In this document: piece after piece, positions 10,024-20,196 of the stretch | Layout of the letters: every line of letters begins with the position of its first letter | How positions within the stretch are numbered: position 1 is the first letter of the stretch | Assembly: GCA_963825135.1 (NCBI GenBank) | Contig: CAWGRW010000009.1 | Location: forward strand, 32,001-96,000 | DNA from: an uncultured bacterium | Lineage (GTDB): Bacteria > Desulfobacterota_D > UBA1144 > Nemesobacterales > UBA2774 | DNA length: 64,000 nt | Direction of reading: 5' to 3' | Translations under genes and position numbers: made by a program | Notes under the pieces: model-generated | Databases searched by the model: none | What the model was told of the DNA's origin: nothing | What the model saw: the letters and a program-made list of their open reading frames with translations, nothing else

Positions 10024-10291
10024 GAAAAGAAAATATTAACGTATTTCTTCTTTTCCTTGATGAAAAGAAGCAAAAATCATCCGACTACATAATTTGCTAA
10101 AAATCTCATGTACTCGCTAAATCTTCCGATTCTACCCCATCGGAGCAATAGTTTAGCGATGTCCGTGGCTAACTAACGTCGTGCGGATAGGAGAGGGCGT
10201 CCGAATGCGCGCTCGCTTGCATTCGTTCCACGTAAGATTCTTAACGCTCGTACAATCGATTTTCTTAACGCAAATTCTGTAGAGTTGTCGG
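10024..10291 (-). repeat. structured repeat copy 2 (inverted, ~100-bp insertion in apical loop)
   Basis: Reverse complement of the core: ccgactacataatttgctaaaaatctc (10081) ... gattttcttaacgcaaattctgta; small hairpin at 10047-10070. Confidence 0.88.
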
Positions 10292-10434
10292 AAAGCAAAC
10301 TATGTGTGTGATTTAGCTTCTTTGTATCCGACCAAGCCCAGCACATATGGAATGTTATATCTTAAATCCTCATATCCCCTTTTCAAGGGGAAATCATTAC
10401 ATACCTGCTATGCGCGCGGCGGCTCGCCGCCCTC

Positions 10435-10821
10435 TCAGCAGTCGGGCAGGACGCCCATTTTCTTCTTCATGAGCTCGGCTATAGAGACAGAGCGCTCCTT
10501 AGCCTTCACGGCGGTCGGGCCCTCGAAGAGCTCGTCGATCGATCCGTGGAAGAGGTACAGCCACCTGTCGAAGTGCTGGCTCTTGAAAGGTATTTTTTTA
10601 TTCAGGTCCAGGTGCACGTTCATGGCCTGCGCCCCGCCCTGATAAACGGGGTTCTGGAACAGCACCGTTTCCCAGAAATCGCTTATCGCCGGAAGATGGC
10701 TCTTTAGGTCGATCCTGGCGTAAAAGGTGAAGATATAGCCGATGATCGGGTCATCCATCATGCGCTCGTAAAACGTCTCGACGAGCGTCTCTATGTCCTC
10801 TCTGTTCGTAATATCCTTCAT
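10435..10821 (-). CDS. group III truncated hemoglobin
   Basis: MKDITNREDIETLVETFY..D..IG.IF, HL..ISDFWE.VL, H.DRWL.LF..IDELFEG. Confidence 0.9.
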   Translation of the reverse strand: MKDITNREDIETLVETFYERMMDDPIIGYIFTFYARIDLKSHLPAISDFWETVLFQNPVYQGGAQAMNVHLDLNKKIPFKSQHFDRWLYLFHGSIDELFEGPTAVKAKERSVSIAELMKKKMGVLPDC

Positions 10822-11103
10822 GGCGGACTTAATCCTTCCCGGATGAATTGTACCAGATTCGCACCGCCCTGCACACACACACACATAGTGTGCTCTTACG
10901 ATTCTACCGAACCTTCTCAGTCCTGCCGGCATATCGTTTGTCCCAGGCGGCGCGCCGACTGTTCGCCCCGTATACCGGCTCCCGCATAGTCCCCCCCTCC
11001 CCCTAAAATCACCCTTTATTTCCAATGATCGTTTGTGTTAGACTTTAATCACGGGCTGTTTGGATTAATTGCCCCGTCCGGGCAATGGGGGGCTGGTAAT
11101 TTT

Positions 11104-13044
11104 ATGAGCGAGACATGTCTGGTCAGCATGCGGGAGATAGACGAAGAGTCCGTGCTCCGGAACCTTATGGAATGCACGGCCTCGGCGACGGGCGAGAGGT
11201 TCTTCTACTCGATCGTTGAAGGTCTCAGCAAGGCGCTCGGCACGGAAGGCGCCTGGTGCACCGTCCTCAACAAGGAAAAACACACGCTGCGCGCTCTCGC
11301 CTTCCTGATGCAGGGCGAGTGGTACGAGGACTACGAGTACGACTTCACCGGCAGCATATGCGAGGAAGTGATACTCGCGGACAAGCTCGTCCACCACCCG
11401 GACAACGTGATGGACATCTATCACGAGAGCGAAAAGCTCAAGTCCTTCAAGGCCGTGAGTTTCATGGGAGCGCCGCTCAAGGACAAGGACGGCGTCACGC
11501 TCGGCTATCTTTCGGTGCTCGATACCCGTCCCATCCCTCAGGAAAAGGGTCTCATAGGCATATTCAACATATTCGCCGACAGGGCCGCCGCCGAGCTCGC
11601 GCGGATACGCGCGGAAGCGACGATAAGAGAGCGCGAGGGGAAGCTCTCGAGCCTGTTCGAGTCCGCGATGGACTCGATTATAGAGCTCGACTCCGGCCTC
11701 GGGATAAACCTCGTCAATTCAGCCGCCGAAAAGCTGTTCGGCTTCGGAGCGGGGAGCCTCGCCGGGAACGACTTCACGCGCTTTCTCTCGAGGGAGAGCC
11801 GCGCAAAGCTCACGGAGATAATCAAGGACCTCCACATGCAGCCCGAGGAGAAAAGGTACCTCTGGATACCGGGCGGCCTCGAAGCAGTCACGTCCGGCGG
11901 GGTACGCTTCTCGGCGGAGGCGACCATATCCACATACGAAGCCGACGGCGGAGTCTTCTACACGCTCATACTCCGGAACGTGAACGAGCGCATCGAGGCC
12001 ACGAAGCGCATCCGCTCGCTCATGGACGCGGCGAAATATCTCGAGGAGGAAATAAAGGAGCTCGGGAACTTCGACGACATCATGGGATCGAGCGCCCCGA
12101 TACTCGATGTCATGCGGGACGTAAGTCAGGTGGCCGGGACGGACAGCACGGTGCTCATCCTGGGCGAGACCGGCACGGGAAAGGAAGTGATAGCGAGGGC
12201 GATACATAAATCGAGCAGGAGGGGCGAGAGGCCGCTCATAAAGGTCAACTGCGCCGCGATCCCGGCGCACCTGATAGAGAGCGAGTTCTTCGGGCACGAG
12301 GAGGGCGCGTTCACGGGCGCGACACGGAAGCGCGACGGCAGGTTCACGCTCGCCGACGGCGGCACCATATTCCTCGACGAGGTGGGCGAGCTCACGCTCG
12401 ACCTCCAGGCGAAGCTCCTGCGCGTGCTCCAGGAAGGGGAGTTCGAGCCCGTCGGCAGCTCGAGCACGAAGAAGGTGGACGTCCGGGTGCTCGCCGCCAC
12501 CAACCGCGACCTCAAAAAAAGCGTCGAGAAAGGCGAATTCCGCGAGGACCTCTACTACAGACTGAACGTATTCCCGATAAAGCTCCCGCCGCTCCGCGAA
12601 AGGGGGGACGACATCGCGCTATTCGCCAGGGCGTTCGCCGAGAAATTCGCCCGTAGGATTGGGCGGGAGTTCCACCCGCTGACGGACGACTGCATAAGGC
12701 TGTTGAAATCATACTCCTGGCCCGGAAACGTGAGGGAGCTACAGAACGTGATCGAGAGGGCGGTCATTACGTCCCAGGGAAAGCGCCTCGAGATTGCACG
12801 CGTATTCCCGGAAACTTCCGCGCGCCTCATCGACAAAGTCCCTTCCGCCGAAAAGCCCGCCGGGTCGATATTGACGATGGAAGAGATGATGAGCTTCGAG
12901 CGTGAGAACATACACAGGGCCCTGGCCGCGGCCTGCGGCAAGATATACGGCGAAGACGGCGCGGCCGCACTCCTGGGTATGAACCCCTCCACGCTCCGCT
13001 CCCGCATCAAGGCCCTGGGGATAAGAAAGGTAGACAACGACTGA
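11104..13044 (+). CDS. sigma54-dependent activator (GAF-PAS-AAA+-HTH, FhlA-like)
   Basis: GETGTGKE, ESEFFGHEEGAFTGA, FLDEVGE, WPGNVRELQN, C-terminal HTH AA.LLGMNPSTLRSR. Confidence 0.95.
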   Translation: MSETCLVSMREIDEESVLRNLMECTASATGERFFYSIVEGLSKALGTEGAWCTVLNKEKHTLRALAFLMQGEWYEDYEYDFTGSICEEVILADKLVHHPDNVMDIYHESEKLKSFKAVSFMGAPLKDKDGVTLGYLSVLDTRPIPQEKGLIGIFNIFADRAAAELARIRAEATIREREGKLSSLFESAMDSIIELDSGLGINLVNSAAEKLFGFGAGSLAGNDFTRFLSRESRAKLTEIIKDLHMQPEEKRYLWIPGGLEAVTSGGVRFSAEATISTYEADGGVFYTLILRNVNERIEATKRIRSLMDAAKYLEEEIKELGNFDDIMGSSAPILDVMRDVSQVAGTDSTVLILGETGTGKEVIARAIHKSSRRGERPLIKVNCAAIPAHLIESEFFGHEEGAFTGATRKRDGRFTLADGGTIFLDEVGELTLDLQAKLLRVLQEGEFEPVGSSSTKKVDVRVLAATNRDLKKSVEKGEFREDLYYRLNVFPIKLPPLRERGDDIALFARAFAEKFARRIGREFHPLTDDCIRLLKSYSWPGNVRELQNVIERAVITSQGKRLEIARVFPETSARLIDKVPSAEKPAGSILTMEEMMSFERENIHRALAAACGKIYGEDGAAALLGMNPSTLRSRIKALGIRKVDND

Positions 13045-13056
13045 TGACAGCCGCGT

Positions 13057-13120
13057 AATCTCACGCTTATTCACTGTGAAATCTCACGCACCGCTTAATC
13101 TCACGATGTGCATATCACAC
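13057..13120 (+). promoter_or_regulatory. putative enhancer (UAS) with AATCTCACG repeats
   Basis: Three AATCTCACG copies including quasi-palindrome GTGAAATCTCAC; the same block recurs at 15556-15600. Confidence 0.7.
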
Positions 13121-13173
13121 ACCGATTCGCCTAATTTCCCGTAACGACTACATAAACTCTACAACCGAACGCG

Positions 13174-13188
13174 TGGCACTTTTTATGC
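13174..13188 (+). promoter_or_regulatory. sigma54 promoter
   Basis: TGGCACTTTTTATGC, GG-N10-GC. Confidence 0.75.
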
Positions 13189-13229
13189 GCCTATAACCTT
13201 CAAAATCTATTTTTGAGGAGGTAGTAGCC

Positions 13230-13580
13230 ATGAAAAGATTTAGCTTGTTCGTATTGTCAGTTTTGATATGCGGGATGGTTTTGACAGGGTTTTCAACGGT
13301 TCCCTCTTTTGCCGCCGGTGAGGATGTAATCGTGCAGGGCAATGTCATATGCCTCGTATACGACAAGAAGGGAAACGTCACGCCGATGATCGCTACGGGG
13401 CCCTGTGACGGCTATCCGCCGCACCAGCACATCCTGGTCACCAAAGATGGGACCGTTTATTCACTCCAGGGACTCGAGGACGGTTTGGTGAAGATAGCCA
13501 AGATGCCCCAGAGAACCGATGTGCAGGTTAAAGGCAAGATTCAGGGGAATCAGTACGGCTGGGTTCTCGTAGTTGACTAA
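13230..13580 (+). CDS. secreted hypothetical protein with Cys/His motif
   Basis: GAGGAGG RBS, signal peptide, G.VICL..GPC...PHQH. Confidence 0.8.
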   Translation: MKRFSLFVLSVLICGMVLTGFSTVPSFAAGEDVIVQGNVICLVYDKKGNVTPMIATGPCDGYPPHQHILVTKDGTVYSLQGLEDGLVKIAKMPQRTDVQVKGKIQGNQYGWVLVVD

Positions 13581-13591
13581 ATTAAATTTAT

Positions 13592-13623
13592 AGAGGAGAG
13601 ATCACGCATCTCTCCTCTTTTTT
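13592..13623 (+). terminator. intrinsic terminator
   Basis: agaggagagat-cacgc-atctctcctct followed by a T run. Confidence 0.7.
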
Positions 13624-13692
13624 CAGTAATCTCGTTATTAACATTCCGGCCCTGGCCGGAGAAGTAAAAAACTCAAGAGGAGGTATTAAGAA

Positions 13693-14103
13693 ATGAAGAA
13701 AGTCTATCTATACGGTATTTGTTATGTACTTTTGGTCATCGTCCTCTCCGTCCTTTCTATTTCTTTCTACGCGGCAGCCCGGGAAGGCGCGCTCGACGGC
13801 AAAACATTCGCAGGCGATATGGGAGAAAAGGGTAAGGAAACGGGCGATAAGGACGAGCTGGTTTTCAAAGACGGGAAGTTCCACTCAGTCGCGTGCGAGA
13901 AGTACGGTTTCGGAGACGCTCCTTATACGGCCGCGGTCAGCGGTGACGCGACTACATTCGAGGCCGACACCGTAAGCGCGAAGGAAGGCAAGATGCACTG
14001 GACGGGGACGATGAAGGACGGCGAGCTCGCAGGCTCGGCCGTGTGGACAAAAGAAGGCCAGGCTCCCATCGAGTACTGGTTCACGACGCAGTTGAAGAAA
14101 TGA
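13693..14103 (+). CDS. secreted hypothetical protein
   Basis: GAGGAGG RBS, signal peptide, beta-rich LDGKTF..DEL.FKDGKFHS.ACE.YGF. Confidence 0.8.
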   Translation: MKKVYLYGICYVLLVIVLSVLSISFYAAAREGALDGKTFAGDMGEKGKETGDKDELVFKDGKFHSVACEKYGFGDAPYTAAVSGDATTFEADTVSAKEGKMHWTGTMKDGELAGSAVWTKEGQAPIEYWFTTQLKK

Positions 14104-14163
14104 ACTTGAAATCAGGTCAAAGTAGCTTTGCTTTAGTCGTAAAAAAACATTAGGAGGTGTGTA

Positions 14164-14832
14164 ATGATGTTAGAACTTAAATCGAAGTACGCAGCTTGCG
14201 TATTATTTCTTTCCGTAGTGGTCTTCCTCGGCTGGACCCCGGCCGGTTATTCGGAATCCGAAGAGGCTCAGACCGCCGTTACAGTCAACGGTTTGAATGC
14301 CACCGCGCTCAACGGTCTTATCGATGCCATGAAGAAGAACCCTGACAAGGGACGGGTCACATTTTATTCCAAATCCCGCTGGCAGGACGGCATGAGGAGC
14401 TTTACCGGCTTTACAGGGTATAAGATTGACGGATCGATGGTTCACGAAAAGACCCGTCAATTCGTGCTTCTCGGAGACGAAGCGGTCGAGCTGAGCGGGA
14501 CCGATGCCGCCCCCGGAGCCGTCGAAGAGCTTATGTATGCCGTGTCCACCTGCGTGATCGCGGCAGCCAATATGAACGCCGCTTTGATGGGGGTTAAATT
14601 GACCCGCCTGGACGTGGACATAGAAAGCGACCTGGATCTGCACGGTCTTTTGGGACTCGATCCGAACGTCAGGGCGGGCGTGACGAACATGCGGATGGGA
14701 ATTACAATAGCGGGCGATGCGGATGAAGCGACGCTCAAAAAGATTGCGACTCTCGGCTACCAGTATTCTCCGGTTTCCGAAACCACCCGGAACGGAATTA
14801 AATTCACCCCCGTAATAACAGTGGCCAAGTAG
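14164..14832 (+). CDS. OsmC-like family protein with signal peptide
   Basis: DE..LSGTD.AP..VE.L..A..C; GVKL..L...E.DLDL.G.LGL; SPV. Confidence 0.8.
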   Translation: MMLELKSKYAACVLFLSVVVFLGWTPAGYSESEEAQTAVTVNGLNATALNGLIDAMKKNPDKGRVTFYSKSRWQDGMRSFTGFTGYKIDGSMVHEKTRQFVLLGDEAVELSGTDAAPGAVEELMYAVSTCVIAAANMNAALMGVKLTRLDVDIESDLDLHGLLGLDPNVRAGVTNMRMGITIAGDADEATLKKIATLGYQYSPVSETTRNGIKFTPVITVAK

Positions 14833-14866
14833 TCGGGACGGATCACTCAAGCAACTGGATCGCGGA

Positions 14867-14899
14867 ATTGCACCGGGCCTGTCTCAGGCCCGGTGCAAT
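14867..14899. terminator. hairpin between convergent genes
   Basis: attgcaccgggcctg-tct-caggcccggtgcaat. Confidence 0.6.
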
Positions 14900-15061
14900 C
14901 TATTTTACCGTCATTTCTTTTCCTGTCATTCCCGAGTGCTTAATACGTGTGTGTCTTTTCATCAAGGAAAAGAAGAAAGAATATTCGCCTTTTGCTTAGT
15001 CTTTACGCAATCGGCATATCCGTGTGCGACTATAAAAAAACCCGGAGCGCAGAACCCATAA

Positions 15062-15328
15062 TCACTTCTTCAGAATCTCGGCCATAGTCAGCGAGGAAAC
15101 GGGGGTAATGGACGATGTGCACGTCATCATTCCCGGCTCCAGGAACTTTACGACCTTATCGTAGCTGTCGGTCTCGACGACATAGATAATCGTATGGGAC
15201 CCGTGCTCGACATAGACGTTTTTGAGCGCGAGCCCTTTCACCTTCTCGTTTATCAGCACCTTTCTGAATCCGCCTATGTCCTTGGGACAGTCCTGCGGGT
15301 CGTGCAGCTGTGTAATCATGAATTGCAT
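15062..15328 (-). CDS. small hypothetical protein (H-x4-CP motif, DUF3303/GYD-like fold possible)
   Basis: GGGAGG RBS; MQFMITQLHDPQDCP..H.IIYVVE.DS. Confidence 0.6.
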   Translation of the reverse strand: MQFMITQLHDPQDCPKDIGGFRKVLINEKVKGLALKNVYVEHGSHTIIYVVETDSYDKVVKFLEPGMMTCTSSITPVSSLTMAEILKK

Positions 15329-15555
15329 TCTTAACCTCCCTCGTGCGAGCTTTTAACTGATATTATAGTCTGCATATTTGATGCCATCGAGCTATCCGCC
15401 GCAACTCTCACCGATAATTCATTTTCATCTATATGCACCTAAGCGTAATCGATGAGACTGTCCGCTTCCATGACAATTTTCCGAATGGTATTGCCAGCCC
15501 CTGCCATAATGTTGATACTTGGTAGCCAAAACGTTATATTTCACCGATAAGCGCC

Positions 15556-15669
15556 GTGAAATCTCACGTTCCGCTAAATCTCACGGTGTGCGATATTGCA
15601 CGACAATACTCGTAATCATCCGTCTTCACAGAATAATCTAATGTTCTATTTAACTGGCACGGTTCGTGC
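15556..15669 (+). promoter_or_regulatory. UAS plus sigma54 promoter (duplicate of 13076-13188)
   Basis: GTGAAATCTCACG..CCGCTAAATCTCACG at 15556; TGGCACGGTTCGTGC at 15655-15669; spacing 99 bp vs 98 bp in the first copy. Confidence 0.75.
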
Positions 15670-15713
15670 ACTATACAGATTCAAAATCAATCTTCAACCA
15701 GGAGGTAGTTAAG

Positions 15714-16776
15714 ATGTCGATAGATAACGATAAACTGCACGAGCTGCTTAGTGAAGGCAGTAGTGGATTTCGGGGCCACGTTCCACGCGGCCCTGGTGGT
15801 GATAGGCGACAAGCTCGGGCTTTACAAGGCGCTCGCGGCGAGCCGGGTCCGCTCACCCCCGGCCGAGCTCGCGGAAAAGACCGGCACGTCCGAGCGCTAC
15901 GTGAGGGAATGGCTCTCATGCCAGGCGGCGGGCGGATACGTTACTTACGACCCGGAGACGAAGAAGTTCCATCTCTCCGAAGAGCAGGCGTTCATGCTCG
16001 CCGACGAGACGAGCCCGGCGTTCGTCCCCGGCGCGTTTCAGGTCGCGGTATCGTCGGTCAAGTCGCAATCCGAGATCGAAGAGCGGTTCCGCACCGGGAA
16101 AGGGTTCGGATGGCACGAGCACGATCACGGTCTGTTCGAGGGGACGGAGCGTTTCTTCAGGCCGAATTACGCCGCTAACCTGGTGAGCTCCTGGATACCC
16201 GCGTTAAACGGCACCGAGGCGAAGCTCAAAAGCGGCGCGCTCGTCGCCGACGTAGGGTGCGGGCACGGGGCTTCGACGATTCTCATGGCGAAGACCTATC
16301 CCAACTCCAGGTTCATAGGCTACGACTATCACAAGCCCTCGATAGAGTGGGCGAGGAAGGCGGCTGCCGACGCCGGCGTCGCGGGCAATACGTCCTTCGA
16401 GGTCGCTGCCTCTAAAAACTATCCGGGCACCGACTTCGACCTCGTCACGTCCTTCGACTGCCTGCACGACATGGGCGACCCGGTGGGCGCGTCGGCTCAC
16501 GTGCTGAAGTCCCTCTCGAAGGACGGAGCGTGGATGATCGTCGAGCCCTTCGCCAACGACAAGCTCGAGGACAACCTCAACCCGGTCGGCAGGGCGTACT
16601 ACGGGGCGTCTACACTCATCTGCACCCCGGCTTCGCTCTCTCAGGAGGTAGGCGCGGCGTTAGGCGCGCAGGCCGGAGAGACGCGTCTCAGGGAAGTGGT
16701 CACGAAAGGCGGGTTTAAACAGTTCAGAAGGGCGTCCGAAACGCCGTTTAACCTCATATTCGAAGCCAAGCCGTAA
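15714..16776 (+). CDS. class I SAM methyltransferase with N-terminal winged helix (Rv2258c-like); frameshift near 15750
   Basis: IGDKLGLY, ERYVREWL, VADVGCGHG, DCLHDMGDP; the start MSIDNDKLHELL (GGAGG RBS) is in a different frame. Confidence 0.88.
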
Positions 16777-17084
16777 ACATCGAACACGATAAATATCCCA
16801 TCACCCATACATGAAATTCCCTCCCCTCGTCACGGGGGGAGGGCGCGGGTGGGGGGCACCTTTCTTTTCCCGTCATTGCGAGGAATGGTTCTGAGCAAGC
16901 GTAAGAACCGGTCGCTAATGGCTGATTGCATATGAGGATGTTATCTCTGCGCCACACCGTACTAAACCGGCGACCGCGGCAATCTCCTCTTTTTTCCTTT
17001 CCCCCGACATTACAGAAAAGGGCCCGTCACAGCCCCCTAAATCCCCTCTTCCCCTCCGTACTTTATCCATTACACTATTACCTT

Positions 17085-17783
17085 ATGCAGGAGAAATTCG
17101 ATCCGGTCAAGCGTTTCAACGAAAGGGCGACCGTATACGACGCGGATATATTGAACATAATCCCCGGATACGAGGCGCTGCACACGAACGCGCTCCATCT
17201 GCTCGAAACCTCGCTGCCCGAGGACGCGTTTCTCCTCGTGGCGGGCGTGGGAACGGGGAACGAGACGGCTGCCGCCGCGCTCCGCAATCCGGAGTGGCGT
17301 ATAACGGGGTTCGACATCGCGGAGAACATGATAAAGACCGCCTCCGATAAGATTAAGAGGCACGGCCTCGAGGACAGGGTCGAGCTCATACACGGCACGC
17401 TCGACGACGTCCTCCAGGAGTCTTTCGACGGGGCGACCGCGCTCCTCATAATGCACTTCATCCCCTACGAGGAGAAGCTCGATTTCCTGAGGGGGATAAA
17501 CCTCAGGCTCAGGCCGGGCGGCATGCTCATAACGGCCGACTTCACGTGCGACAGGGAATCCTACGAGTTCGAAACCTTCGCGACAGCGTGGGAGGCGTTC
17601 ATGCTCACGACGACGGAAAAGAAGGACGTCGAGGAGAGGCTTGGGCACACCCGCCGCGACCTCGACATACTCTCTCACGAAGAGACCCTGGAGCTGCTCG
17701 ACAGGGCCGGGTTCACGGACGCGCGCCTGTTCTGGAAATCCCTCATCTTCAGCGCATATATATCGGAAAAGGCGGATTTATAA
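17085..17783 (+). CDS. class I SAM-dependent methyltransferase (CmoA-like)
   Basis: YD..I...IPGY, LVAGVGTG, FDGATALLIMHF, LRPGG. Confidence 0.85.
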   Translation: MQEKFDPVKRFNERATVYDADILNIIPGYEALHTNALHLLETSLPEDAFLLVAGVGTGNETAAAALRNPEWRITGFDIAENMIKTASDKIKRHGLEDRVELIHGTLDDVLQESFDGATALLIMHFIPYEEKLDFLRGINLRLRPGGMLITADFTCDRESYEFETFATAWEAFMLTTTEKKDVEERLGHTRRDLDILSHEETLELLDRAGFTDARLFWKSLIFSAYISEKADL

Positions 17784-17921
17784 AATAATTGCGACCCGTC
17801 ATATCCTTTGCCGCTCCCGTGTGCCTTCATCGGGAATCCGGTTCTTTGTATCGTCATTGCAACTATCGTGAACAAGTGATTAATCGTTTCGGGAACGATA
17901 AGCTCAGGCCAATTCCGCGCC

Positions 17922-18620
17922 TCAGAACTCGTACCCCAGGAGCTCTATCTCCCGGCTGAAGAGCTTCCCGACGGCGTCTCTCCGGGCGGGGGTATAGACC
18001 TCTCTGTAGGGCCTCCGGTCCTGCCTGTAGTGCGATTTCTCGGTCGCCCCGAGCGAGCCCCCGAACGGCACGCCCAGCATGCCGAACACGTCCGCCAGCT
18101 CTTCATTCAGGTTTTCGTACCTGAGCACGCGGTCTACGATTATCCTGCCGTCGAGGTCCGTGTATTTCGTATAGTTATACGGAAGGTCGGCGACTTCGAG
18201 GTATTTCTCGAACGATATATTCTCGTCGTACTTTTTATAACGCTGCCTCACGAAGTGATAGTGGGACAGCGCCTTGTCCCAGGGGTTTCTCTCTACGGTG
18301 AATTTGAAGTAGCTGTCCCAGATTTCGCGGGGGATCCTGTCTCTCACCTCGCGCGCCTTTATGTGCGACTGGAATTTTTTGAGCGTGAAGAAGCGCCCGA
18401 GCGTCCTGAGCGCCTGGGGGAGGTTCTTCCTCTCGGAAAGCTCCGGGAGCGGGTTGAAGAGCCCCCTGTAATTACGGGGCGTGTACGGCTGCTCCGGCCT
18501 GTCTATGGGCGAGAGAATGTCCTTCTCGCCGCAGAGATGGGAGAGGTATATCTGTATGCTCGACCCGGCCGTCTTTCTCGTCTTGATGAATATGAATTTA
18601 TATTTATGGGAAAGTACCAT
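17922..18620 (-). CDS. sulfotransferase family 2 protein
   Basis: SHKYKFIFIKTRKTAGSS PAPS loop; FTVERNPWD.ALSHY; RYENL. Confidence 0.88.
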   Translation of the reverse strand: MVLSHKYKFIFIKTRKTAGSSIQIYLSHLCGEKDILSPIDRPEQPYTPRNYRGLFNPLPELSERKNLPQALRTLGRFFTLKKFQSHIKAREVRDRIPREIWDSYFKFTVERNPWDKALSHYHFVRQRYKKYDENISFEKYLEVADLPYNYTKYTDLDGRIIVDRVLRYENLNEELADVFGMLGVPFGGSLGATEKSHYRQDRRPYREVYTPARRDAVGKLFSREIELLGYEF

Positions 18621-18690
18621 ATGCCGCCCATCGAAATTCTACCACGAGGAAGAATATTCCGCGACTGCGGCAATCTCGCCTTTTCTTCCC

Positions 18691-19160
18691 CCGACATTAC
18701 AGAATTTGCGGCGGGCACACACAATGTGTGCTCATATACGATCCTCCCGTAACTCCTCGGCCATCGCCAGGGAATGAGCCCAACCCGTTCGTGCTGAGCT
18801 AGTCGAAGGGTGATTATTTCCGACATTACAGAATTTGCGTGAAGAAAATCGCGTGTTTAAGCGTAAAGAAATCTTTGAGCAGTCCAATTGAAAGATTTTA
18901 GCTTAAACATAAGATTTTTAGCACAATTCTGTAGTCGGATGATTTTTGCTTCTTTTCATCAAGGAAAAGAAGGATAAATAAAACAGCCTTTCACCTTTCT
19001 TTGTCTTTTCGAAAGACCACACTATGTGTGTGGTTTTTTGTATCAAAATAATATTCTCCGATGGATGACGGAGATGCGGGAGTTTATCACCCCCACCTAT
19101 ATCCTCCCCCCTCAAGGGGGAGGAAAATAATACGGATCGCGGCTGGAAGCCGCTCCTGCA
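18691..19160 (+). repeat. composite structured repeat, copy 3 (core 18820-19010)
   Basis: 5' fragment at 18691, cacacaatgtgtg, aacccgttcgtgctgagctagtcgaaggg, full core, cacactatgtgtg, REP cgcggctggaagccgctcctgc. Confidence 0.9.
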
Positions 19161-19229
19161 TGTAATGGGGATGGTCGTGTGACGAGCGGCAGCCTTAGAA
19201 TAAACTCAATGCGGCAACCCCGCCCTGCC

Positions 19230-19610
19230 TCAGCTGCTGTAAACCCTGCCCCTGTCCCCTATGATCAGCGGGACGGGCTTCGCTTCGGGGTATGAGGCGA
19301 GCTCCGCCTCGTCGTAGCTCGAGTGGAGGTTAACGAACGAGAGCACATCTCCGGGGCCCCATTCGCTCGAGCACCAGAGCGTGTCGCCCCCCGAGTAGCC
19401 CGATACGTCTTCGGGCTCTATGTGGAGCTTCCTCGGAGACTGGTTCCTGAACGCCTCCGCCTTTTTCCTCTCGAAAAATACGGCGGTGAGGACCCTATTG
19501 GAGAACCTGTCGATATGAAGGACACAGTAAAATGTCGCCGTGCCGCGCCCCTTGCGGGGCTTCTGCGCGGGATCGCCCGCGCTTAACGTGTGTTTTTTTG
19601 TTTCTATCAT
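19230..19610 (-). CDS. hypothetical protein
   Basis: 126-aa ORF with GC3-rich codon usage. Confidence 0.5.
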   Translation of the reverse strand: MIETKKHTLSAGDPAQKPRKGRGTATFYCVLHIDRFSNRVLTAVFFERKKAEAFRNQSPRKLHIEPEDVSGYSGGDTLWCSSEWGPGDVLSFVNLHSSYDEAELASYPEAKPVPLIIGDRGRVYSS

Positions 19611-20196
19611 ACGTGAGAGTATAGCCGACGCCTGTTAAGAAAATATTAAGACGGGGTGAGTTTTTGGTCATACCCGTTGCATGCGGATACATCCCTCCCA
19701 GCGGAACATTCATTTCAATTTACTACGCCTTTGAAGGGGAACGAATGTGAGGAATTGGTCGCCCCCTGGTTGATTACAAATTAAGTCACTGTATCGTTGC
19801 GCTTCCGCAACACAAGTCAAAATGAATCGGGAACCCATTTCTCTGTCCCTCTTGCTCTCCTTATCAAAGACAAAGACTAAATCCCCCTGAATTTGGTTTT
19901 AATAACTTTGCCGCTTCAATTAAGCGACTTCTTTGCTATCACCCAACTCCAACCAATTCCTCACACGTTCGGATTTGTTCCCCTTTTTCTAAGGGGGAAA
20001 TTGTAATCTACGCTTTCTCCTTTAATTCCCTCCTTAGGAAAAGGAGGGTTAGGGAGGATTTTATTGATTGTCCTTCTTCGACGCCTTGTCTTTCCCGGCC
20101 TTCCCGGCCCGAACCAGCCTCAGGATGGTTATTTGCGTAAATTCCTGTAAAATATCTGTCTGAAATTCCTGACTAGCGGGTGGCGTAAGACCGGAT

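Noticed and set aside
18918..19115. Short ORFs inside the repeats (also 31578-31823, 1972-2232, 50033-50344) sharing peptides such as FSLMKRSKNHPTTELC
   Set aside because: Shared peptides merely reflect the DNA repeat; frames, starts and lengths are not conserved among copies
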